A stretch of DNA of 64,000 nt from an uncultured bacterium (GCA_964354155.1 CAYGYG010000001.1:139121-203120), one strand, 5' to 3'. Positions 1-10,425 are shown, counted from the stretch's first letter. A program made the numbers and translations. The notes: generated by a model from the letters alone, not told the origin.

Positions 1-1130
1 TGTCCGAAAGCGAACATTCGGACGCGGTAGGACTCCTCGATTGCCTTCAACTGGTTCAGTAACTCGGGTATGTGACTGCGCGGAACGACCAGGTCATCCC
101 GGGACACCACGCGCCCCTGTGCCTTCAGCATCTCGCCGGTCTTCTTTCGAGGCTCCCAGATCCGTTCCTGGGTTGGCCGGTCTTCGCCGACCAGAACATC
201 CTCAGCACCGGTTTCCAGGGCAATCTCGCCGGCCGGTTCATATTGCCGCCGGACGTGTTCCAGGCTGTCGCCGTCAAACTGAACAATGAGGTGGACTCCG
301 GCTTGGGCGAAGGGTATTGGCCGCCCGAGAAACTTCTCGCAAGCCCTGACGACTTCCCCGTCCATCAGCTCAACCGCGCTGGGCAGGAGTCCGGCCTGGG
401 TTATCCGCGTGGCGAACTGGGCGGCCTGTTCGGCGCGGGCATAGGGAACCAGCATGTCGACTCTTGAGCGGGGCAGCGGCAAGACCTTGAGGGTAGCCTC
501 GGTTATCAAGGCCAACGTGCCTTCGGAACCGATCAATAAGTCCATGATGCTGTATCCGGTCACGTTCTTCAGCAGTTTGCCCGACATTCGGAGAACGGTT
601 CCCTGGGGCAGCACGACTTCCATGCCCATGACATAATTTCGGGTTACTCCGTACTTGACGGCCTTGGGTCCGCCGGCATTCTCCGCGATATTGCCGCCGA
701 TGCAGCACGAGTCGATGGAAACCGGATCTGGAGGGAAAAAAAGGTTCTGCTTCTCCAGACTTTTGGCCAGGTCGCCGGTGATGAGGCCGGGCTCGACCAC
801 GACCATCGAATTGGCAACGTCGACCTCCTTCAGCCGGTTCATCTTCTCGAACGCGATGACGATGCCGCCGCAAGCCGGGATTGCTCCACCCGAAAGGCCG
901 GTCCCGCCCGCACGTGGTGTGACGGGAACGTGCTCTTTGCTTGCGAGCTTCATTACGGCCGACACCTGCTCAGTGCTTGCTACGCGGACCACGACCTCGG
1001 GCCACGCCTGGTGCATCGGCGTTTCGTCGCGGGAATAGGGTTCCACTTTCTCCGGGGTTGACAGGCAATTCTCCGGGCGGACAATGTCTTTCAAGGCTTC
1101 GAGCAAGCCCGGCGCGACCTTGTTGAACAT
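1..1130 (-). CDS. FAD-binding oxidoreductase, glycolate oxidase GlcD / D-lactate dehydrogenase family (partial; C-terminus beyond window start)
   Basis: Minus-strand translation from the ATG at 1130 gives MFNKVAPGLLEALKDIVRPENCLSTPEKVEPYSRDETPMHQAWPEVVVRVASTEQVSAVMKLASKEHVPVTPRAGGTGLSGGAIP... with no stop before position 1. The FAD-binding PCMH N-domain pattern (RAGGTGLSGG, IDSCCIGGNIAENAGG) is present. The ORF is absent from the supplied track only because it has no in-window stop. Confidence 0.8.
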   Translation of the reverse strand, partial: MFNKVAPGLLEALKDIVRPENCLSTPEKVEPYSRDETPMHQAWPEVVVRVASTEQVSAVMKLASKEHVPVTPRAGGTGLSGGAIPACGGIVIAFEKMNRLKEVDVANSMVVVEPGLITGDLAKSLEKQNLFFPPDPVSIDSCCIGGNIAENAGGPKAVKYGVTRNYVMGMEVVLPQGTVLRMSGKLLKNVTGYSIMDLLIGSEGTLALITEATLKVLPLPRSRVDMLVPYARAEQAAQFATRITQAGLLPSAVELMDGEVVRACEKFLGRPIPFAQAGVHLIVQFDGDSLEHVRRQYEPAGEIALETGAEDVLVGEDRPTQERIWEPRKKTGEMLKAQGRVVSRDDLVVPRSHIPELLNQLKAIEESYRVRMFAFG

Positions 1131-1338
1131 TGGCAATTGTAGTCGAAAAACGCCGAATTTCAATAGCAAACTGACCCCCACACTGGTTTCCATAACTCGG
1201 CGTTGTCTATCTTACAGATTGAGCCCGGCTCAAAATGTACAATGAACGGGCGCAAAGACCGGGGTGGCCATGATCAAGATGCGCAAAGGCTTGACTATCG
1301 GCGCAGTTTGCCTACAATTGGACTACTGGAGGAAACGC

Positions 1339-2916
1339 ATGTTGAATTTGCTACTGTTTCTGGTTGCGGTTGAGGTCAATTCCAAGGTCGATTCGGTGGT
1401 GGTCTACCCGGATCGGGTCCTGGTTTCGCGGGTCGCCTATGTGAACCTTCAGGCCGAAACGAAACTCGTATTCTCCAACCTGCCCGGCGGTCTTGACGAC
1501 CAGTCGGTAAGGATCAAGGCGCAAGGCGTGACGATCGGGGAGATTCAGGTTTTGCGTGGCTATGCCAAGGAACCACATCCCCGGGTCAAAGAGCTTGAGG
1601 CGAGAATTAAAGCGCTAGAAATCGAAGACCGAACGCTCACCGACGAGACGACCGTGATGCAGGCCAAAGAAAAACTCTTAAGTTCGATTTCGGTCGGCTC
1701 CGCCGATGTCATTTCCAAGGAGATTTACACCGGCAAGGTGGCCCCGGCCGCGTGGCAGCAGGGCGTAAGGTTTGTGGTCGATGAACTGATGAAGACCAGG
1801 ATCAGGGTCGCCGAGATTGAGCGTGCGAAAATCACTTTGAGCGAGAAACTCGATGCGCTGCGGCGCGAGCTGGGCGATGTCAAGGCGGTCGAAGAGAACC
1901 GGAAGGCAGTCGTCTTCGATGCCCAGCCCAAGACCGCTCAAAGCTACAAGCTTGAACTCAGCTACCTGATCAGCGGCGCGAGCTGGCGTACTTATTATGA
2001 TCTGAGAGCCGATCCTTCGGCGCGGCAGGTCTCCATTTCCTATTACAGCAAGACGAGCCAGCGCACCGGCGAAGATTGGGACGAAGCCAAGATCGTCTTA
2101 TCTACGGCCCAGCCCGTGTTCGGGGGGGCGGCGCCGACACCTGATCCCTGGTATATCACTATTCGGGAACCGGAATACGCCGAGAGGAAAGATGCCGAGG
2201 GCCTGATGAGGGCGGCCGAGGCCGCCAAACCCCTCAGTATGCCGGCGGTACTGGCCCCGGCGGCTCCGCCGTCGGCCCCTCCGGTTGAGGCCGGCATTTC
2301 CATTTGGTACCCTCTGCCCGGCCGCTACACGATCAAGAGCGGCGATCAGGAGCGGAAGATCTTGATTACGAACCGGGAATTCGAGGCCTCGTTCGACTAC
2401 TTCATCATGCCGCGCGTGACGCAGTTCGCCTACTCAATCGGCAATGCCAAGAACACGAGCGATTACCTCTTTTTAGCCGGCCATGGCGGAACCTATGTGG
2501 GCGATGATTTTACCGGCAATACCTACGTGTCCGACATTGCGCCGGAAGAGTCTTTGCGGCTTTCCTTCGGGGTGGATGAACGGATCCGAATCAAGCGCGA
2601 GACGAAGAAAATGAAAGTGAACAAGGGCGGCATGTTCGGCGGCAAGACCAAGTACGAGTTTGTCTACGAGAATGTCATTGAAAACTTCCACACCAAAGAG
2701 GTCTCCTGCCGTATCGTCGACCAGGTCCCCTTGCCCAACCATCCGGACATCAAGGTGGTCGACGTGAAGCTCGTGCCCAAGCCCGACGAGGAAGATAAGG
2801 ACCGCGGCATCTACTCCTGGTTGACCAAGCTCGGCGCCAAGGCGAAGTACACAGTAACGGTTTCGTTTACGGTCGAAGCCCCGTCCGATGCGCGGATCGA
2901 CGGGCTCATCTACTAG
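1339..2916 (+). CDS. DUF4140/DUF4139 family protein (TIGR02231-like, mucoidy-inhibitor MuiA-like), secreted paralog A
   Basis: GGAGG sits 8 nt upstream of the ATG at 1339 (MLNLLLFLVAVEV...). Conserved N-terminal block VVYPDRVLVSRVA...FSNLPGGLDDQSVRIKAQG. A central coiled-coil region precedes a C-terminal DUF4139-like beta region. The protein is a paralog of the next gene. Confidence 0.65.
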   Translation: MLNLLLFLVAVEVNSKVDSVVVYPDRVLVSRVAYVNLQAETKLVFSNLPGGLDDQSVRIKAQGVTIGEIQVLRGYAKEPHPRVKELEARIKALEIEDRTLTDETTVMQAKEKLLSSISVGSADVISKEIYTGKVAPAAWQQGVRFVVDELMKTRIRVAEIERAKITLSEKLDALRRELGDVKAVEENRKAVVFDAQPKTAQSYKLELSYLISGASWRTYYDLRADPSARQVSISYYSKTSQRTGEDWDEAKIVLSTAQPVFGGAAPTPDPWYITIREPEYAERKDAEGLMRAAEAAKPLSMPAVLAPAAPPSAPPVEAGISIWYPLPGRYTIKSGDQERKILITNREFEASFDYFIMPRVTQFAYSIGNAKNTSDYLFLAGHGGTYVGDDFTGNTYVSDIAPEESLRLSFGVDERIRIKRETKKMKVNKGGMFGGKTKYEFVYENVIENFHTKEVSCRIVDQVPLPNHPDIKVVDVKLVPKPDEEDKDRGIYSWLTKLGAKAKYTVTVSFTVEAPSDARIDGLIY

Positions 2917-3219
2917 TGGTCTGTGACATAAGTTAAGGTCAACGAACATTGACCCCAATACAGACCGCTGCGGGGGGTTTTAGGGGCGTGAAGTCTCACC
3001 CCCTAAGGGGTTACAATTACGAAAGTTGCCGGTGGCAAGTTTCGTAATGTCATAGGGGCGAGAGCCCCTGTGAAAGTGCTGTGTTACCTCACAACAAGTT
3101 GCCGAAATTCATGTAACACAGCACTAGTATCGTGCCCCGGACGGGTTTTTGCGCCGGGGCATAACGACTTATCGGAAGGGTCGCACTGGTTCAGTTGAGG
3201 ATACCACAAGGAGGACAGC

Positions 3220-4782
3220 GTGTCGGACAAGCCAGCAATCCAGGCCGATTCAAAGGTAAGTTCAGTAATTATCTACAATGACCGAGCCTTGGTCACCCGC
3301 ACGGCCAAGGTCACCGTGGAGAAGGAGTCAGATCTGGTCTTTGCCGGACTACCCGGCGGTCTTGACGACCAGTCGGTGCGGGTCAAAGCCAAAGGTTTGA
3401 CGATCGGCGAAATCCAAATCCGGACCGGCTACGAAAAGCAACCCCACCCTCGGGTCAAAGAGATCCAGGATCGAATCAAGGCGCTTGAAATCGACGACCG
3501 CAAGTTGGCTGACGAGTATGCCATCACCAAAGAGAAAGAGAAATTCCTAAGCTCGATTGCGACCAGTTCGGCAACGCTGATCACGAAAGAGATAAACTCG
3601 GCGCAAGTATCGCCCCAATCCTGGCGGGAAGGCCTCAAGTTCATCGTTGAAGAGTTGACCAGGTCCCGGACGCGGGTTGCCGAAATTGAACGGGAGCGGA
3701 CCGAACTCAAGGAAAAGATCAGCGCGGCGAATCAGGAGCTAAACGATATTCGGGCTGATGTTGAACAACGGAAGGCGATTACGTTCGATGTTCAGCCGGA
3801 GAAGGCGCAAGGCTACGAGATCGAGCTGAGCTACGTCATCTACGGGGCAAGCTGGTGGACTTACTATGAACTGCGCGGCCACCCGGTCGAGAAACAGCTT
3901 GAGATTTCGTACTTCGGCAAGGTTAGTCAGCGTACCGGCGAAGACTGGGATGATACCAAGCTCATTCTGTCGACCGGCATGCCGGCGCTCGGCGGTGTGG
4001 CGCCGGAACCATCGCCGTGGTACATCAGCTTGTACCGCGCCCGACCCCAGGGCGTGGCCTATGCCGCGGATGAGTGCCGTTCCGTTGCCCAAGCCCCCAA
4101 GGCGAAGCGGGAGATGACGGAAGAAGAAGCTCCGCCTGAGCCGGTGCCGGTCGAAGCCGGCATTGCCATCTTGTATCCCTTACCCGGCAAGTACACGATC
4201 AAGAGCGGTGACCAGGAGCGGAAGATCTTGATCAAGAAGATGCCGTTTGAGGCCGAATTCGCATACTCAACCCTGCCCCGCATTTCCCAGCTTGCCTATC
4301 TCACCGGCAAGATCAAAAACGCGACCGATTTTCTCCTGCTGGCCGGGGAAGGCAATACCTACGTCGGGGACGATTTCACGGGCCGGGTCTACGTACCGAC
4401 GGTGGTGCCGGACGATTTCCTCACCGCATCCCTGGGCGTGGACGAGCGGGTCAAAGTCAAGCGCGAGCTAAAGAAGATGAAGGTTGACAAGGGCGGCATT
4501 TTCGGCTCCAAGACCAAACACGAGATGGCCTACGAGAACTCAATCGAGAACTTCCACAGCAAGGAACTGACCTGCAAGATCGTCGACCAGGTTCCGGTTC
4601 CGACCGACCCCAGTATAAAAGTGAGCGACGTCAGGTTCGAACCGAAGCCGACTGAAGAGAACAAGGACCAGGGCATATACACCTGGAAAGTCGTGCTGCA
4701 GCCCAAGGCTAAGTTTGTTATCAAGGTCTCGTTCTCGGTCGAAGCCCCGGGCGAAGCGGAAATCCAGGGGCTTTCTGCTTAA
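3220..4782 (+). CDS. DUF4140/DUF4139 family protein, paralog B (no obvious signal peptide)
   Basis: AGGAGGA RBS followed by a GTG start at 3220. Conserved blocks are shared with paralog A (IIYNDRALVTRTA...FAGLPGGLDDQSVRVKAKG ... KRELKKMKVDKGGIFGSKTK...ENFHSKE...KIVDQVPVP). Confidence 0.65.
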   Translation: MSDKPAIQADSKVSSVIIYNDRALVTRTAKVTVEKESDLVFAGLPGGLDDQSVRVKAKGLTIGEIQIRTGYEKQPHPRVKEIQDRIKALEIDDRKLADEYAITKEKEKFLSSIATSSATLITKEINSAQVSPQSWREGLKFIVEELTRSRTRVAEIERERTELKEKISAANQELNDIRADVEQRKAITFDVQPEKAQGYEIELSYVIYGASWWTYYELRGHPVEKQLEISYFGKVSQRTGEDWDDTKLILSTGMPALGGVAPEPSPWYISLYRARPQGVAYAADECRSVAQAPKAKREMTEEEAPPEPVPVEAGIAILYPLPGKYTIKSGDQERKILIKKMPFEAEFAYSTLPRISQLAYLTGKIKNATDFLLLAGEGNTYVGDDFTGRVYVPTVVPDDFLTASLGVDERVKVKRELKKMKVDKGGIFGSKTKHEMAYENSIENFHSKELTCKIVDQVPVPTDPSIKVSDVRFEPKPTEENKDQGIYTWKVVLQPKAKFVIKVSFSVEAPGEAEIQGLSA

Positions 4783-4868
4783 GTCAAGCCATACTGTTGG
4801 GTTCCAGCCGGTATGGCCGATATTGGCGCTTTTATATCCAATTATGACTAATTATATATAAATTCATA

Positions 4869-4896
4869 TTGACAAAACAGTGGATTTATGTATAAT
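4869..4896 (+). promoter_or_regulatory. sigma70-like promoter (TTGACA-16-TATAAT) for the outer-membrane protein gene
   Basis: ttgaca at 4869-4874 and tataat at 4891-4896, in an AT-rich island. The RBS aaggaggtaaaATG at 4988 follows. Confidence 0.55.
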
Positions 4897-4987
4897 TGTG
4901 CCCAGAACAGGCAAGAGGAGGTGAGGTCTTCTCAAAGAACAAGTGTTTTCTTGCTTTGCGAAGGGTCAACTTTAACAAGGAGGTAAA

Positions 4988-6631
4988 ATGAAATACCTGA
5001 TGACCCTTATGGTCCTGGTTGGGATTGGCTTGGCTTTCACGCCCAACTCGTTTCGACTGCAGTCGACAGCGTACCTGTTTGAAGATGACTACGACCTGAT
5101 ATTCGATCCTGCGCGGCTGCCCCTTATCGAAGGTTCCCGTCTTTATACGAACCTATCCAATCTCGTCAGCAGTGATGAGGATGTGTTCGGTCCGATCAGC
5201 ATGGACTACTACCTTTTTGCTGGCTCGACCAAGCTCGGCTCGGTCTATCCGGGGATGATCTACGACAACTACTCAGCCAAGGATCCTAACTACACCGGCC
5301 TGCGGGACCGTTTCGGTGATTCGCTGTACGGCGATGCGCAGACCGACTCGATCAGCCTGTTCGACCTGGACGGCAACGGCCTGTATGACTACAAGACCGT
5401 TGATGCGCGCAAGGCCAGCGCCTGGGATAAAGAAACCAACGTCAACTTCCTGCTCGGCTTCGGCAAGCGAGTGGGTGAGAACATGCGCGTCGGGTTCGGC
5501 TACTACCGGTTCGTCGACCGGTTCAAGAACATCTCGCCCGCCTTCAACCACGTCTACGATCGAAAGGACTCCAATCTCGTCAGTTCGATCTGGACTTATT
5601 CGCGTTATGATTCAGCGACCGGTGAATACAACAGCTTCGACAACGGGCACGAGTTCCATCTCAGCGGCTGGCGCGATGCGGAGAAGATGAATGTGGGTCT
5701 CGGAGTCAAATTCATCATGGAGTCGTACGGTTACGAAAATATGACTACCTCCATGCTGGATGAGAATCGCAGTCCGAACAATCCCGCGGTTGTCGACTAC
5801 AAGAAAGTCAACGTTACCGATTCGACCGACTTCACGCACTCCGGTTTCAGCATTCCGGTCACGGCGAAAGTGTTCTACAACTGGAACGAGAAGACCCAGA
5901 GCCGATTCTACCTGACCTACGAAATGGGGAACTTCAACATCGTTGACGATGCGCGGGGCTACGGCGTTGTCTCGGCTGACAGCACCTGCCGGCCCGGCTT
6001 GATGCTGGTCAACGATACGATCAACCACAACTACTTCGGCAAGTATAGCGAGAGCAACATCACGCTCAACACCCAGCACTTCTTCAAGGTCTCGGACCGC
6101 GTCGACCTGGCCTTCGGCCTCGGCGTGGCCAACGAGACCTACTCGGACGAGGTGAATGACAGCATGGTAACCTACCGGCACCTTTCATACAATGACGGCG
6201 ACACGCTGGCGGATCGCGATGACTCGACCGTCGTGACGAACGGCGTCGAGTACTGGAAGTCGATGGGTACCGGGGTCACCAGGTCGCTCTGGCTGCCTGT
6301 AGGCGTTGAATTCAAAGTGATCAACCCGCTGGTGCTGAGACTCGGTGCCATCCACACGATCACGATGTACGATGACACCCAGACCGAGAACTTGGTCGAG
6401 ATCAATCCGCTCAAGACCAAGGTCACGTATGGCGACGGTACAACCCGTGAAGCGATCGCGAACCAAACCCGCAAACCTTCGACCGTAACACCGAAACCGA
6501 CCACGAGTGTCACGACCTACACCTACGGCATCGGCTGGGCGGCCGCCGAGAACCTGCAGATCGACCTGATGGGCTTTGCCCGACTCACCGATCTGACGAA
6601 CTGGAAGCTGTCCGCAACCTTTAAATTCTAA
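4988..6631 (+). CDS. putative outer-membrane beta-barrel protein
   Basis: N-terminal signal peptide (MKYLMTLMVLVGIGLAFT). Rich in alternating aromatic/polar residues. C-terminal motif ...LSATFKF ends in Phe, the classical OMP terminal signature. Confidence 0.6.
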   Translation: MKYLMTLMVLVGIGLAFTPNSFRLQSTAYLFEDDYDLIFDPARLPLIEGSRLYTNLSNLVSSDEDVFGPISMDYYLFAGSTKLGSVYPGMIYDNYSAKDPNYTGLRDRFGDSLYGDAQTDSISLFDLDGNGLYDYKTVDARKASAWDKETNVNFLLGFGKRVGENMRVGFGYYRFVDRFKNISPAFNHVYDRKDSNLVSSIWTYSRYDSATGEYNSFDNGHEFHLSGWRDAEKMNVGLGVKFIMESYGYENMTTSMLDENRSPNNPAVVDYKKVNVTDSTDFTHSGFSIPVTAKVFYNWNEKTQSRFYLTYEMGNFNIVDDARGYGVVSADSTCRPGLMLVNDTINHNYFGKYSESNITLNTQHFFKVSDRVDLAFGLGVANETYSDEVNDSMVTYRHLSYNDGDTLADRDDSTVVTNGVEYWKSMGTGVTRSLWLPVGVEFKVINPLVLRLGAIHTITMYDDTQTENLVEINPLKTKVTYGDGTTREAIANQTRKPSTVTPKPTTSVTTYTYGIGWAAAENLQIDLMGFARLTDLTNWKLSATFKF

Positions 6632-6646
6632 CTGCAGGAGGCAGAG

Positions 6647-7867
6647 ATGAAAAAGCTCCTAATCATTTCCGCGGCAATCCTTCTGGTGCTTGCCTGCGGT
6701 AAGAAAGACAATCCCCTGGAGATTGACAAGATCCTGGTCGGGGGCGGCGATGCCGATCTTTGCACCGTGGCGGGTGTGAGTCCGGGCAACCGAACCCAAC
6801 TCGTAGATGAAAATCCGTCTACCACGCCGATCGAAGCAACGGTCCAGGTCGTTTTCAGCAACTTCATGGACCCGGCATCTCTGACCAGCACGAGTGTGAA
6901 GGTCAAGAGCACGACGTCCGGCAGCGAGATCACGACCGTGCTGAACTACAACAAGGACGCCAGGGTGCTGTTCATCCGTTCCGATAACTGGCCTACGTCC
7001 CAGGCGTTTCTGCTGACGATCGTGTCCGGTGCGAGTGGCGCGAAGAACGTGTTCGGCACGGCGATCGACGGTGATGCCGACAACTTCGACGACGGTACGC
7101 CATATGATGACTATCTCTCGACCTTCTTCACCGCGGGCAGTGCCGCCGACAGCTGCGTTGGTGTGATCGCGGACCAGGCGCGGATCGCCTCGATCACGCC
7201 GGCCCGGGCCATGAACACCAACCTGCGGCCAGCGGTCGCGGTTACGTTCAATCGCGCCATGGATACGTTGACCTTCACCGGCTCGACGATCCAGCTGGCG
7301 GCCGAAGGCGGCGCACCGGTCTCGGTGACCTGGGCGCCTAAGACGCCAACCGTGGCTTCGTTCACGCCCTCGGCGGATCTGAGCTACGGCACCAAGTACA
7401 TCATCAAGGTCGTGAGCAAAGACACAAAGAGCATCCAACTGGCTAATACACCGGCCTATCTGGTTCCGCTCGACGGCAACCGCAACGGACCGCAGCAGAC
7501 CGAGCCGGATACAATAACCTACTTTGTCTGCGATACGGCCGCGGCTCCGACCGTGACGGCCGCGAGGATCACTGGTGGCGTCAGCTTCACCTTCTCGCGG
7601 ATCATGGATACGACCACGACCTCGACGGTGAATGTCAAGGTCTTCGACCGCGATGGCTATGTGCCCGGAAGTTTCGTCTTCTCGACCCCGGGCGGCAACA
7701 CGACCAGGATCGAGTACTACTTCCAGCGTACCGTGACCCTCCCCCTGGACGCCTTCGTCAGCAAGGAAGCGAAGGCCACTAACGGCAAGAAACTGGATGG
7801 TGAGACGACCCCCAACGGTATCGGCGGCGAACCATGGGATGATTACTGGAGAAGGAACGTGCCGTAG
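6647..7867 (+). CDS. lipoprotein with repeated bacterial Ig-like (SbsA/Big_5-like) domains
   Basis: Lipobox LVLAC-G after the signal peptide. Repeated blocks ITPARAMNTNLRPAVAVTFNRAMDTLTF / VTAARITGGVSFTFSRIMDTTTTSTVNV. The gene lies 16 nt downstream of the OMP gene. Confidence 0.6.
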   Translation: MKKLLIISAAILLVLACGKKDNPLEIDKILVGGGDADLCTVAGVSPGNRTQLVDENPSTTPIEATVQVVFSNFMDPASLTSTSVKVKSTTSGSEITTVLNYNKDARVLFIRSDNWPTSQAFLLTIVSGASGAKNVFGTAIDGDADNFDDGTPYDDYLSTFFTAGSAADSCVGVIADQARIASITPARAMNTNLRPAVAVTFNRAMDTLTFTGSTIQLAAEGGAPVSVTWAPKTPTVASFTPSADLSYGTKYIIKVVSKDTKSIQLANTPAYLVPLDGNRNGPQQTEPDTITYFVCDTAAAPTVTAARITGGVSFTFSRIMDTTTTSTVNVKVFDRDGYVPGSFVFSTPGGNTTRIEYYFQRTVTLPLDAFVSKEAKATNGKKLDGETTPNGIGGEPWDDYWRRNVP

Positions 7868-7885
7868 AGTCGGTAAAGAATCAAA

Positions 7886-7916
7886 GGGAAGGCCGGCAAC
7901 GGCCTTCCCTTTTTTT
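7886..7916 (+). terminator. Rho-independent terminator
   Basis: gggaaggcc-ggcaac-ggccttccc is a 9-bp GC-rich stem, followed by TTTTTTT. Confidence 0.8.
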
Positions 7917-8207
7917 GTACCATCAAGTGAGTCTGGTGTAGCGCGCGATAGATCACTCGACGTTCAAGTGACTTCGGCAAGCCTTCGGAATATCGTCAGT
8001 ACCGGGATTGCCACGGGTCGATTGCATCGGCTCTCGCAATGACACACACGGAGTTTGCTGAATACCCACAATCATGAGAAGAAGCTCCCAGAATGTGAAA
8101 ATCTGTTGGACGCATCACACTGGGAAAGCGATATCGTAGAAAATCGCCCAAAATCGTTGTTGCTATGTCATGGGAAATTGCTATAATCGATGCGAACAAG
8201 ATATCTT

Positions 8208-8501
8208 ATGCTCGGCATGACGCTTAACGAATACCAGACGCTCATCAAAGACATTTATTATGACAAAGACGCCAAGCGCGGTCTGGCCCGGACCTTCGGC
8301 TGGCTCGTCGAGGAGATCGGGGAGCTATCAAGGGCAATAAGGCAGGAAGACAAGGCCGCGATTCGAGAAGAGCTTGCCGACTGTTTTGCCTGGCTCTTGA
8401 GCGTGGCTTCCATTCTGGAAGTCGACGCCGAGTCGGCGCTGGCCAAGTACCGGGACGGTTGTCCCAAGTGTCGTAAAAAACCGTGCACATGCACAGAATG
8501 A
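8208..8501 (+). CDS. MazG-like nucleoside triphosphate pyrophosphohydrolase domain protein
   Basis: MTLNEYQTLIKDIY...WLVEEIGELSRAIRQEDKAAIREELADCFAWLLSVASILEVD is the MazG/EEIGE-type all-alpha NTP-PPase fold. TATAAT lies at about 8176. The start codon (8190, 8208 or 8217) is uncertain. Confidence 0.6.
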   Translation: MLGMTLNEYQTLIKDIYYDKDAKRGLARTFGWLVEEIGELSRAIRQEDKAAIREELADCFAWLLSVASILEVDAESALAKYRDGCPKCRKKPCTCTE

Positions 8502-8673
8502 AAGGAAAACCTGCAGAGGATCAGATCATCAGGGCATCAGTAGGTAGAACACCAGCGTACCAGGATATCAGGAGCTAGCATCTCCGTGATCTATCCGCAC
8601 ATCACTGTAATCATCGATGCCTTGCACCGTCTCCACTGTAATCAGCGCCAACTCCAGTTGGCGAGGAGGTTTC

Positions 8674-9792
8674 ATGCTTGAAGTCATTTTGGCCCTGAGC
8701 ATCACCGCGCTATCCCCGCCGTCTGACGTCAGGGCCGTCGATACCCCCAACGACGGCGGAGGATCGATCGGTGTCCGCTGGCAGCTTTCCCCGGATGACG
8801 CGCTGGTCAGCGCTTATCGTATTGAAAGGGCTGAGGCCGGCAAGGATTTTGTGGATATCGGTTTTGTACCCCGGGCCACGGGTGTATTTGTCGATACCCG
8901 GGCGGCAGGCCGAGTCAAGTATTCCTATCGCATCGTTGCCCTCCAGGACACCATGCGGTCTGCTTCAGAACCGACCGGCGACGTATTCAGTTACGGACAG
9001 TGGTTTCATACCGAGCGGGTCAATGTCATCGTCGGGATCATCATTTTTTGTGCACTGATCCTCTGGTTTGTATATCATGCCCGCCGGGGCAAGGAGCTCT
9101 TCATAAGACGAATCGCCGGACTGGATGCGGTCGAGGAAGCCGTGGGTCGGGCCACCGAAATGGGCAAGGCAATTCTCTACGTGCCGGGCCTGGGATCGGT
9201 GGGTGATGTCGCGACGATTGCTTCGCTCAACATATTAGGCGAGGTGGCCCGCAAGACTGCCAAGTACGACACAACGCTGCTGGTGCCGAATCGCGACGCC
9301 ATCGTCTTTACGGTCGCCCAGGCCATGGTTAAGGAGGCCTATACCCGGGAAGGCCGGCCCGACGCGTACAAAGAGGAGAATGTCTTCTTCATCACCGACA
9401 GCCAATTTGCCTATGCCGCGGCCGTCGACGGTCTGATGGTGCGGGAGAAACCGGCAACCAATTTCTTCCTGGGCATGTTCTGGGCCGAATCATTGATCTT
9501 GGCCGAAACCGGGGCAACGACCGGGGCCATCCAGATTGCCGGTACGGACTCGGTCTACCAGCTGCCGTTTTTCATCACGGCGTGCGACTACACGCTGATC
9601 GGCGAAGAACTTTACGCCGCCTCGGCCTATCTTTCCCGCGAAGCCACCCTGCTCGGTTCGCTCAAAGCCCAGGACTACGGTAAGATAATCATCATCACCC
9701 TCATCATCCTTGGTTCGGCGCTCATGCTGGCCGGCACGATCGGTGGTCTCGGATTCCTCAGAGAGATCTACGGCTTCTTCTCGGTCAGCTAA
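8674..9792 (+). CDS. membrane protein with N-terminal FN3-like ectodomain, TM helix, about 230-aa cytoplasmic domain and C-terminal TM helix; function unknown
   Basis: GAGGAGG RBS before the ATG at 8674 ([14 protein letters not shown]). TM segments: [19 protein letters not shown] and [25 protein letters not shown]. It is the first of four translationally coupled genes. Confidence 0.6.
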   Translation: MLEVILALSITALSPPSDVRAVDTPNDGGGSIGVRWQLSPDDALVSAYRIERAEAGKDFVDIGFVPRATGVFVDTRAAGRVKYSYRIVALQDTMRSASEPTGDVFSYGQWFHTERVNVIVGIIIFCALILWFVYHARRGKELFIRRIAGLDAVEEAVGRATEMGKAILYVPGLGSVGDVATIASLNILGEVARKTAKYDTTLLVPNRDAIVFTVAQAMVKEAYTREGRPDAYKEENVFFITDSQFAYAAAVDGLMVREKPATNFFLGMFWAESLILAETGATTGAIQIAGTDSVYQLPFFITACDYTLIGEELYAASAYLSREATLLGSLKAQDYGKIIIITLIILGSALMLAGTIGGLGFLREIYGFFSVS

Positions 9793-9803
9793 GGAGGTTG
9801 ACA

Positions 9804-10424
9804 ATGCAACGACGCATTCCCATGACGATCTGTCTCGTAATGGGGATTTTCATGATCGTCCAGTACATGATTCCTCATCGAGTCTCGACCCAGGCCTACG
9901 AAGAGATGCTGAAGTGGGACCGGATCATCATCGCCTTCGCCTTGATTCTCTCGACCGGAAGTCTGGTGACGCACCACTGGTCGAAAATCAGGCGGAAGAA
10001 ACAAGGTTGGTACTTTAGCATTGTCACCCTGATCGGCCTGGCCATTACCGCATTCATTGGTGTGGGCTGGGGTATCCGGGCGGGCACGGCGCTTCACACC
10101 ATCTTCATAAATATGATTGTGCCTCTGGGTTCGTCGATGTTTGCCATCCTGGCGTTCTACATGGCTTCGGCGGCCTATAGGGCATTCCGGGCGCGTAACA
10201 AGGAAGCGACCCTGCTTTTGATCGCGGCGTTTATCGTGATGCTGGGCATGGTGCCGATCGGTTCGTTTCTTTGGGACAAGCTGCCCGATGTCGCACAGTG
10301 GATTCTCAATGTGCCTAACCTGGCGGCCAAGCGGGCGATTTTCTTCGGCGTGGCGCTGGGCGTAATCGCGACTTCAATCAAGATTATCTTCGGCATCGAA
10401 CGCGGCTGGATAGGAGGCAAGTGA
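9804..10424 (+). CDS. multipass integral membrane protein, unknown function
   Basis: AAGGAGG RBS. About 6 hydrophobic helices. Its start lies 12 nt after the upstream stop. Confidence 0.6.
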   Translation: MQRRIPMTICLVMGIFMIVQYMIPHRVSTQAYEEMLKWDRIIIAFALILSTGSLVTHHWSKIRRKKQGWYFSIVTLIGLAITAFIGVGWGIRAGTALHTIFINMIVPLGSSMFAILAFYMASAAYRAFRARNKEATLLLIAAFIVMLGMVPIGSFLWDKLPDVAQWILNVPNLAAKRAIFFGVALGVIATSIKIIFGIERGWIGGK

Positions 10425-10425
10425 C

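Noticed and set aside
370-873. 167-aa minus-strand ORF listed in the track
   Set aside because: Arg/Pro-rich low-complexity translation typical of an off-frame GC-rich artefact. The same DNA encodes a clean GlcD-like FAD oxidase in another minus frame that runs off the window edge.
4790-4826. Possible terminator hairpin gccatac...gtatggc after the second DUF4139 gene
   Set aside because: A 7-bp stem with a 16-nt loop and no convincing T-tract. Too weak to call.
6659-7438. 259-aa minus-strand ORF antisense to the Ig-domain lipoprotein gene
   Set aside because: Arg-rich junk composition with no start context. It lies entirely inside a well-supported plus-strand gene.
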